Part shown: positions 1 to 5,433 of the stretch, in pieces
How the letters are laid out: every line of letters begins with the position of its first letter
How positions within the stretch are numbered: the stretch's first letter is position 1
Source: Nanobdellota archaeon
Lineage (GTDB): Archaea > Nanobdellota > Nanobdellia > Pacearchaeales > GW2011-AR1
Assembly: GCA_027858295.1 (NCBI GenBank)
Contig: JAQICZ010000003.1
Span: forward strand, 1 to 7,225
Length of the DNA: 7,225 bases
Direction: 5' to 3'
The notes under the pieces: generated by a model
Told to the model about the DNA's origin: nothing
Seen by the model: the letters and a program-made list of their open reading frames with translations, nothing else
The model's database searches: none
Translations under genes and position numbers: made by a program

Positions 1-53
1 CCGTTCCCCCGGCCATCCACCCTGAGGTAAGTTGAGTTAACAGGTACTCAGTC
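1..53 (+). rRNA. Possible partial 5S rRNA-like structured RNA (5' part outside window); identity and 3' end uncertain
   Basis: The first ~53 nt are far more GC-rich than the surrounding DNA. CCGTTCCC (1-8), CCATCC (13-18), AAGTTGAG (29-36) and GGTACTCAG (42-50) resemble 5S helix II/III-loop C and loop E strings as I remember them (CCCGUUCCCAU.CCGAAC..GGAAGUUAAGC ... GGUACU). CTGAG (22-26) can pair with CTCAG (46-50). The spacing is shorter than canonical 5S and the downstream part is AT-rich, so this may be a fragment or another RNA. Confidence 0.25.
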
Positions 54-214
54 AAAAGTTTATTTATTTATTGAATATTATTCTCTTTTAATCTAATTAA
101 TATTTGCACGCAGCGCGAATGGATAATTTAATTATTAATTGGCTTTTTTTGTTTTATACAAAAAGAACGGGAGTCAAGACAAGTTGAATTAATTGGTTTT
201 GAAGTACAACAATG

Positions 215-223
215 ATTAAAAAG
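215..223 (+). promoter_or_regulatory. TATA-like A/T box about 25 nt upstream of the ATG at 244
   Basis: ATTAAAAAG is centred at 219 and the start codon is at 244. The same spacing is seen at other genes in the window. A/T boxes are easy to find by chance in AT-rich DNA. Confidence 0.3.
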
Positions 224-243
224 ATTAATGGATAATTTATTTT

Positions 244-429
244 ATGAAATCAATAGATTCTGACATTCCTTTTGTTTCTCAGATGTTTCATTCTAAATTT
301 AGGGAGGTTGGAGATAAAATAAATGTTGAATATTTGTTGCCGTGTAAGAAGGATGAATTTGAAGTGCAGAAGTTGAAGGAATTTATGGTGGAGTTGTGGA
401 AAGGGATGATAAAAAATATATGCTTATAG
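244..429 (+). CDS. Hypothetical small protein (61 aa); possibly the 5' half of a frameshifted ~129-codon gene
   Basis: ATG-initiated ORF ending at TAG 427-429. It carries the motif QMFHSKF, which recurs as QMFSSKF in the next ORF. It overlaps that ORF at an A6 run. Confidence 0.4.
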   Translation: MKSIDSDIPFVSQMFHSKFREVGDKINVEYLLPCKKDEFEVQKLKEFMVELWKGMIKNICL

Positions 430-632
430 GTGAAGAAGAAGGGTTTGGTGCAATGTCTGTTGATCTGTATTCTGTTATTGAAACTTCTGATGGACCTGAA
501 TATCAATTTTTGACTAAAGAATACAGAGGACTTTCTGGACAAATGTTTTCTAGCAAATTCAAATCAACTAGGGTTGATGATTGGAAGTCTTTTTTTGGAA
601 ATATGTCTGAAGAAGATTTTTTTAAGAATTAG
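420..632 (+). CDS. Hypothetical small protein (70 aa from ATG 420; the ORF track extends it to GTG 396); possibly the 3' half of the same gene as 244..429
   Basis: Open frame 396..632 ending at TAG 630-632, with the first ATG at 420. It has the motif GQMFSSKFKSTRVDDW, similar to SQMFHSKFREVGD in the upstream ORF. No family recognised. Confidence 0.4.
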   Translation: MLIGEEEGFGAMSVDLYSVIETSDGPEYQFLTKEYRGLSGQMFSSKFKSTRVDDWKSFFGNMSEEDFFKN

Positions 633-712
633 ATTTGAGTAGTTCTTTATAGTCTATTCATGAATTATCTGCTAGTCTTCTGAGGGAGATGTTTGAGCAG
701 ATATTGATTTGA

Positions 713-1626
713 TTATTTTTTTAACCATTTTCTTTTCTTTTTCTTTTTTACGTTTAATGAATTTATTTTTTGTTTAAATAGGTATTGTGCAATTAGTGCG
801 GGAACATTCACATCACAGATATCTTTTAAATTCCAAACTGAAGGGCTGAGGTTGACTTCTATTACTGAAGGTTTGTTACCATTTAGGATGTCAACTCCAC
901 AGATGTCTACGCCAATGATTTCTGCTGAACGGATTGCTAATTCTCTTTCGGTTTCTGTTAATTGATGTCTTTCTCTTGTTCCTCCCGAATGTATGTTTGC
1001 CCGAATTTCTCCTTCTTTTGCTACTCTTTTGTAGGCTGCCAATGTTTTCCCCCTTGTAACAATTACCCAAATGTCTGAGGTGTTTTTTTGTCTCTATGAA
1101 TTCTTGAATTAAATATGCTTTTTGAAAGCTTTCTAGTAAATCTAAAATTGTTAATGCTGATTTTTTTGATTCTGCAATAATTACTCCTTTTCCATGTGTT
1201 CCTTCTGATAGTTTCATTATAAGTGGATATTCAACATTTTCAAGTACTTTTTTTGCAACATTTGTTGTTGCTGCATAATGTGTTTTTTTGAATAGAGACT
1301 CCTTCTTTTTGAAGTTATAGGAGTGTAAAAAATTTGTCATGACCAATTGTGTATGCTTCGGCGTTTGTTGGCATGTAGCATTTTTTGTGGAGTGCACGAG
1401 TAATGGATCTTGCAATTAATGAATATTTGTAGTTTCCTCTTATGTAGAGGACGTCGTAATCTGGTAAAGATTCGCCGTTATATAATATGTTAAGGCATCC
1501 ATTTACCTGGATTTCAAAATTTTTAATATCTAGTAAGTCAACTTGTTCAAGGTGTTTTTTACAGGCTTTTGCTATAGCTATAACACTTTTTCCACCGAGA
1601 CTAATAATTCCAATTTTCAAACTCAT
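713..1626 (-). pseudogene. rimK: RimK/LysX-family ATP-grasp ligase (alpha-L-glutamate ligase-like), disrupted by one nonsense codon and two frameshifts
   Basis: Three overlapping minus-strand ORFs in three frames (1315..1626, 891..1415, 713..1042) join into one ~303-codon RimK-like protein. The N part is MSLKIGIISLGG...AYTIGHDKFFTLL. The centre is YPLIMKLSEGTHGKGVIIAES...AYLIQEFIE. The C part is DIWVIVTRGKTLAAYKRVAKEGEIRANIHSGG...GVDICGVDIL...VIEVNLSPS, which compares with E. coli RimK KEGDFRSNLHRGG, GVDIL and EVNASPG. The breaks are an in-frame TAA at 1315-1317, with homology on both sides (DKFFTLL*LQKEGVSIQK), and frame changes inside A7 runs (T7 on the + strand at 1283-1289 and 1083-1089). 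Confidence 0.85.
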
Positions 1627-1639
1627 TTTGATACGTCCA

Positions 1640-1948
1640 CTAAGAAGTTTTTTTCAAGATATCTCTTCCTATTAGCATTTTATATTTTAGATGAATTCTC
1701 TCGGCAATCTAAAAGGTGACAGGTAGTATTATTCCTTTAATCTCAATTGTGGATTTTACAATTGGTCTACGTTCTATTCCGTTTTCTGACTTTATTTTTT
1801 TTGTGCCACAGATGTGTTCTGTGAGTCCCAATTCTGTCGCTAAGTCGAGGGAGATTGAGCTTTTATCGGATCCAGTATCAATTTTGGCAGATTTTTTTTA
1901 ATTGTTCAAAATAATAGTTTCAATGTGTCAAAGAATTATCTTTTCCAT
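1640..1948 (-). pseudogene. Retropepsin-like aspartic protease of the RimK-associated family (PF05618/COG4067, RimB-like) with three in-frame stop codons
   Basis: My own minus-strand translation from ATG 1948 gives MEKIIL*HIETIILNN*KKSAKIDTGSDKSSISLDLATELGLTEHICGTKKIKSENGIERRPIVKSTIEIKGIILPVTF*IAERIHLKYKMLIGRDILKKTS, then the terminal TAG at 1640-1642. AKIDTGS (the catalytic DTG) and the C-terminal MLIGR match family signatures as I recall them (AK[IV]DTGA..S and MLLGR). The gene sits directly upstream of rimK, as in rimB-rimK operons. Internal stops are TGA 1928-1930, TAA 1898-1900 and TAG 1709-1711, with no frameshift. It is absent from the ORF track because no stop-free segment has a start codon. 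Confidence 0.7.
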
Positions 1949-1968
1949 AAGTCGAGTTGATAAAATTA

Positions 1969-1979
1969 CAATATAAAGG
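1969..1979 (-). promoter_or_regulatory. TATA-like box of the decayed protease-rimK operon
   Basis: The minus strand reads CCTTTATATTG. The core TTTATAT is centred about 26 nt upstream of ATG 1948. Confidence 0.4.
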
Positions 1980-2167
1980 TTTCTTAGATTTTTTTTGGTG
2001 GGAAAGGTTTTTAAGGTTTTTTTTTGGGATGTTTGTTTAGTGATTGTATCTTGAAAGTTATTTAATCTTGGAATTTTAAGGTAGGGTTTCTATTGTGTGT
2101 TTGAGGATTTGAGTATAGTTTCTTAGCTTTTTTATTTTGTATTCCTTGGGAGTGGATTTCTTAGATT
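1979..2167 (+). repeat. Three dispersed copies of a TTTCTTAG(A/C)TT motif in the 238-nt intergenic spacer
   Basis: GTTTCTTAGATTTTTT is at 1979-1994, GTTTCTTAGCTTTTTT at 2118-2133 and ATTTCTTAGATT at 2156-2167. The first two agree at 15 of 16 positions. A shorter GTTCTTAGG lies at 4066-4074 on the other side of the 625-aa gene. Confidence 0.35.
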
Positions 2168-2186
2168 ATTGTTATTGAGATAATTA

Positions 2187-4064
2187 TTATAATAATTTTT
2201 CAATTTTTGCAAACTCATCTTCGTTTCTAGTAAATGTAGTTAGGTTTTCACCAAAAGAAGGATTAGGTGGGTTTATGCCAAATTCATTTCTTACTTTGTT
2301 TGGGATTATTTGTTTATTCATTCCTCTTTTGGGGTCGTAGATGATGGTTGAGCTTTCTGTTTTGGTTGATGGAATTAGGAATTTGTCAAGTGTTGTGTTT
2401 AGGTGATTAAATGCTTTATTTCTTTTATAATAAATAAACATAGGAATTACAAAATAACTTTTTTCTTTGAAGCTTTCCAATACCTCTTCTTTTGTAAATT
2501 GAATTTCTGTATTCTGAGATTTCCTATTTTCTTCTAATATATTTTGATTTTTTGCTTTTTGTTTTTCTTTTCTAATTTTTTTTGTAAGATTTCTGTACAA
2601 GGAAAAGTCTTTATTGTATGAATCAACTTCTTCTTTAAGATGTTCAATAGCTTCTTTTGTTTCTTGGCTTTGTTCTTGATTTTCTAAATATTTTAGATGT
2701 TCTTTAATGTCTTCAACTTTCCATTTGCCATGTTTTAATTCCGATTTTAGATTGTAAATACTTTCTGTGATGTAATTTGTTATTGTTTTTTTATGTTTTT
2801 CTAAATTGGTTTCATGCCTTTCTAAAAAGTCTGTAAAGAAGGTAGACCCTTCCATGAATAAGTCTATCCAATTTTCGCTAATTGAAATATTTTTTATTAA
2901 TGATGGATAATCATAATCTTTTTCAAGCTCTACTTTTTCTGGACCAATATATTTTACCACATCTTCAAGGATTCTTCTCCTAGTCTCAGCAATTTGATTT
3001 TCTTCTATATCTTTTTCGGAAAATTGTTTGTAATGAGATAATAATATTTCTTTAAGACCAGAATTCCAATTATTAGCATTTTCTAAATTTTCTTCTTCTA
3101 TATAATATGTTCTAAATATTTGGTTTATATAGTCTCTAAAAGAATCTTCTGAAGTTATTGGTATATTATTAAATTCTATGATTTTATTCAAGCCATCAGG
3201 AATTTCTAATGAATTATAAGAATCATTTATTTTTTTTAATGTTTTGAAATTTTCTTCTGTTGGTCTAGTTGACAAATACCATTCTAAATCAAATGTTTTT
3301 ATCTCTGTTTGATTAAAATCTACAATAAAAGAGGCTTTATCTTTGCAAAATTCAGAATAATCTCCCAATAATTTTTCAAGTGAATTCATTTGTGAATTTA
3401 TGAACATAAAATTAGTACCAATATTAAAATTATGAAAACTTTCAACATCTAGAAGTTTTTCTTCTGGATTGTTGTCTCCAACCCTTGCAGGATGGTCTAG
3501 ATATACTTTTTTTGAAGCTTCAATGTTTTCTAAAAATTCTATTCTTGGAATTTCAATGTTTTGAGTTTCTTTATTTGAATCAGAAATATTATTACCTTTT
3601 AGGTATCCATCTTTAATTGTTAATGGAATCATTAAATCATAATATAATTCTAAAGAATGAATAGCGTTTAGTATTTGTCCTTTTGTTTTAGGTCTTTCCA
3701 TATATATAGTGTTATTTTCTAAGTCAAATTTCACATTGAGTTTTTCTTCATTTGAGGAGTGATAATTGAATTTTTGGCCAATGGATTCCATTTCTTTCAG
3801 CTTATATCTGTAATCTATTATTTCAAAAGATTCGTTTAGAAAATTATTAATATAACCAGGGTTTGTTTTGTTTTTTGAGAAAGAGTTGATTTTATTAGAC
3901 TTCGCCAGAAAAATTTTATCTTCAAGGGTGCTTTTTCTTTTCTCAATATCATTTGAAGTTATTCCCAATTCAGATTTGTAATTTTCTAGTTCTTTTTCTG
4001 GATTTTCCTTTAGAAAATTAAGGTATTCTTTGTAATTGTTGCGGTGTTCTGATTCTGTTATCAT
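2187..4064 (-). CDS. Hypothetical protein, 625 aa, N/K/E-rich, no recognisable domain
   Basis: Longest uninterrupted ORF in the window, running from ATG 4064 to TAA 2187-2189. The frame is kept through an A8 run (2576-2583). There is a Shine-Dalgarno-like GAGGTG 11 nt upstream of the start. No signal peptide, TM segment or Walker A motif is visible. Residues ~430-530 are charged and heptad-like. Confidence 0.85.
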   Translation of the reverse strand: MITESEHRNNYKEYLNFLKENPEKELENYKSELGITSNDIEKRKSTLEDKIFLAKSNKINSFSKNKTNPGYINNFLNESFEIIDYRYKLKEMESIGQKFNYHSSNEEKLNVKFDLENNTIYMERPKTKGQILNAIHSLELYYDLMIPLTIKDGYLKGNNISDSNKETQNIEIPRIEFLENIEASKKVYLDHPARVGDNNPEEKLLDVESFHNFNIGTNFMFINSQMNSLEKLLGDYSEFCKDKASFIVDFNQTEIKTFDLEWYLSTRPTEENFKTLKKINDSYNSLEIPDGLNKIIEFNNIPITSEDSFRDYINQIFRTYYIEEENLENANNWNSGLKEILLSHYKQFSEKDIEENQIAETRRRILEDVVKYIGPEKVELEKDYDYPSLIKNISISENWIDLFMEGSTFFTDFLERHETNLEKHKKTITNYITESIYNLKSELKHGKWKVEDIKEHLKYLENQEQSQETKEAIEHLKEEVDSYNKDFSLYRNLTKKIRKEKQKAKNQNILEENRKSQNTEIQFTKEEVLESFKEKSYFVIPMFIYYKRNKAFNHLNTTLDKFLIPSTKTESSTIIYDPKRGMNKQIIPNKVRNEFGINPPNPSFGENLTTFTRNEDEFAKIEKLL

Positions 4065-4075
4065 TGTTCTTAGGA

Positions 4076-4081
4076 CACCTC
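4076..4081 (-). promoter_or_regulatory. Shine-Dalgarno-like site for the 625-aa gene
   Basis: The minus strand reads GAGGTG, complementary to the usual 16S 3' end CACCUC, with an 11-nt spacer to ATG 4064. The spacer is somewhat long. Confidence 0.4.
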
Positions 4082-4103
4082 TACTAATTCAAGAAAATTG
4101 TTT

Positions 4104-4112
4104 CTTTTAAGG
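4104..4112 (-). promoter_or_regulatory. Candidate TATA-like box for the 625-aa gene (leadered transcript)
   Basis: The minus strand reads CCTTAAAAG, centred ~44 nt upstream of the ATG. This would give an ~18-nt leader containing the SD-like site. Confidence 0.3.
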
Positions 4113-4142
4113 TTTTTTAATCAAATCGATTTTCCCCAAACC

Positions 4143-4149
4143 TTTAAAA
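4143..4149 (+). promoter_or_regulatory. TATA-like box for aRF1
   Basis: TTTAAAA is centred at 4146, 26 nt upstream of ATG 4172. No SD-like purine tract lies in between, which is consistent with a leaderless or near-leaderless mRNA. Confidence 0.45.
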
Positions 4150-4171
4150 CTCAGATTTTTCTAGGTAAGGT

Positions 4172-5266
4172 ATGGCATTACAAAAATTAACTAGGTCTGA
4201 ACTTGAGGCTTTTTTGAAGGAAATGGGTAAGCATAGAGGGCGTGCCACTGAATTGATAACTGTTTATATTCCGTCAGGTTATGATATTAATGTTGTTAGT
4301 CGTCAACTTGAAGGTGAAAAGTCTACTGCTAAGAATATTAAATCTACTGCGACTCGTAAGAATGTTACGGAATCGCTTGAAAAGATTGTTAGAGTTTTAA
4401 AAGAATATCAAGTGACTCCTCCTAAGGGTGTTGCAATTTTTGCTGGTAATGTTAGTCCGGTTGAAGGTCAAACAGATATTCAAAGTTGGGAGATTGAACC
4501 ACCTGAAGAAGTTAGAATTAGACTTTATCGGTGCGACAAGGAATTTGTTTTAGAACCGTTAGAGTCAATGGTTGAGATTAGTGAAATTTATGCTTTGATT
4601 GTCATGGATCGAAAGGAAGCTACTATTGGTCAGCTTGTTGGGAAAAGAATTGAAATGCTTCAGAATATGACGTCGGGAATTCCAGGAAAGGTTAAGGCTG
4701 GTGGACAATCAGCTCAGAGATTTCATAGAATTACAGAGGGGTTGACTAAAGATTTTTATAAGAGAATTGCAGAAGAAACGAAAAAATGTTTTTATGAGAA
4801 TACCAAATTGAAAGGGATTATTATTGGTGGGCCAATCCCAACTAAGGATGAATTTGTTGATGGTGAATATTTGCCGACTCAACTTCAAGATAAGGTCATT
4901 GGAGTTAAAGATCAGGGTGACACTAGTGAAACTGGCTTGAAGGAATTGGTTGGCTTGTCTGAAGACCTTCTAGCTAATCAAGAAATTATTCGTGAGAGAA
5001 AGATTTTAGAGAACTTTTTTGATAATTTGGGCTCAAAGCCAGAGACTACACCTTATCATTTTGAGGATGTTATGAAAGCTCTTAAATTTGGTGCAGTTGA
5101 TATATTGATTCTTTCAAAGAAATATGATATTCTTAAGGGTAATGAACTGAAGGAGATTGCTGAACAAATGGGGACTACTATTGAAGTTGTTTCAACTGAG
5201 ACAACTGAGGGTGATCAGTTTTGGAAGTTGGGTGGGCTTGGCGCTATCCAGCGATTTAAAATTTAA
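4172..5266 (+). CDS. prf1: Peptide chain release factor aRF1 (eRF1/aRF1 family)
   Basis: 364 aa. The N domain has STAKNIKS (TASNIKS-type stop-codon recognition motif) and LYRCDKEF (YxCxxxF). The M domain has GGQSAQRF (the universal GGQ peptidyl-tRNA hydrolysis motif). GRATELITVYIPS matches the conserved GRGTELISLYIPP region. Ends at TAA 5264-5266. Confidence 0.95.
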   Translation: MALQKLTRSELEAFLKEMGKHRGRATELITVYIPSGYDINVVSRQLEGEKSTAKNIKSTATRKNVTESLEKIVRVLKEYQVTPPKGVAIFAGNVSPVEGQTDIQSWEIEPPEEVRIRLYRCDKEFVLEPLESMVEISEIYALIVMDRKEATIGQLVGKRIEMLQNMTSGIPGKVKAGGQSAQRFHRITEGLTKDFYKRIAEETKKCFYENTKLKGIIIGGPIPTKDEFVDGEYLPTQLQDKVIGVKDQGDTSETGLKELVGLSEDLLANQEIIRERKILENFFDNLGSKPETTPYHFEDVMKALKFGAVDILILSKKYDILKGNELKEIAEQMGTTIEVVSTETTEGDQFWKLGGLGAIQRFKI

Positions 5267-5281
5267 TTTTAATTTTTCTTT
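5267..5281 (+). terminator. Oligo-T tracts immediately after the aRF1 stop (archaeal-style termination signal)
   Basis: TTTTAATTTTTCTTT directly follows the TAA. T4 and T5 runs are the type of signal used by archaeal RNA polymerase. Confidence 0.4.
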
Positions 5282-5296
5282 GACTTATACGTCGTT

Positions 5297-5337
5297 ATTT
5301 GCTTTCTCGTGTAGCTGACTACACAACGAAAGTAAAT
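5297..5337. other. Long imperfect hairpin between the convergent genes
   Basis: ATTTGCTTTCTCGTGTAG (5297-5314), loop CTGA (5315-5318), then CTACACAACGAAAGTAAAT (5319-5337). By hand there are 6 bp (5309-5314 with 5319-5324) plus 10 bp including one G-T (5297-5306 with 5328-5337), around a 2x3 internal loop. Confidence 0.5.
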
Positions 5338-5433
5338 GCCTAATCTAAGCCTAAAGAAAAGTTAAAATTGTGGGTGAAGGAGACGGTAATTGAAAGGTGC
5401 GGTTTGCAGTGAACGGTTCGCGGTTGGCATTTT

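Noticed and set aside
288-542. Minus-strand 84-aa ORF. The same reasoning applies to 1487..1675 (+), 6283..6495 (+), 6796..7056 (-) and the N-terminal part of 891..1415 (-).
   Set aside because: All lie antisense to, or out of frame with, better-supported genes (the small ORF pair, rimK, the DUF2334-like gene, scpB). Their translations are F/S/I/L/C-rich, typical of non-coding frames in AT-rich DNA.
1648-1654. An A7 run (minus strand) just before the protease stop. Removing one A would read ...DILKKLLSGRIK straight into the rimK ATG in frame, suggesting an ancestral protease-RimK fusion or a third homopolymer error.
   Set aside because: The present frame ends naturally (DILKKTS-TAG) 13 nt before the rimK ATG. 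The alternative linker has no family-like sequence, and other A7 runs in the operon are in frame. This is pure speculation.
1716-1901. Plus-strand 61-aa ORF from the ORF track
   Set aside because: It lies antisense to the region that translates as the AKIDTGS...MLIGR protease family on the minus strand. Its sequence is low-complexity and hydrophobic with no start context, so it is a shadow ORF.
1709-1930. Could the in-frame TGA, TAA and TAG in the protease remnant, and the TAA in rimK, reflect stop-codon reassignment or readthrough, given that the release-factor gene is nearby?
   Set aside because: The intact genes in the window (prf1, scpB, the 625-aa, OMP-like and DUF2334-like genes) contain no internal stops under the standard code and terminate at TAA or TAG. 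Trp is encoded by TGG in prf1. All three stop types occur inside the broken operon, and aRF1 has canonical NIKS, YxCxxxF and GGQ motifs. Localised gene decay is the simpler explanation.
2403-2423. RNKAFNH in the C-terminal part of the 625-aa protein fits the HEPN Rx4-6H RNase motif
   Set aside because: Given the Arg and His content of a 625-aa protein, about one such match is expected by chance. I see no supporting HEPN helix pattern, so it is not evidence of a toxin or defence function without profile or structure support.
4172-5266. aRF1 is short (364 aa), has TAKNIKS instead of TASNIKS, and seems to lack an insertion in the C domain. Could this indicate altered stop-codon specificity?
   Set aside because: As I recall, archaeal aRF1 lengths range from roughly 370 to 420 aa. 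The key NIKS, YxCxxxF and GGQ residues are intact, and stop usage in the window is ordinary. A compact orthologue fits a small genome.
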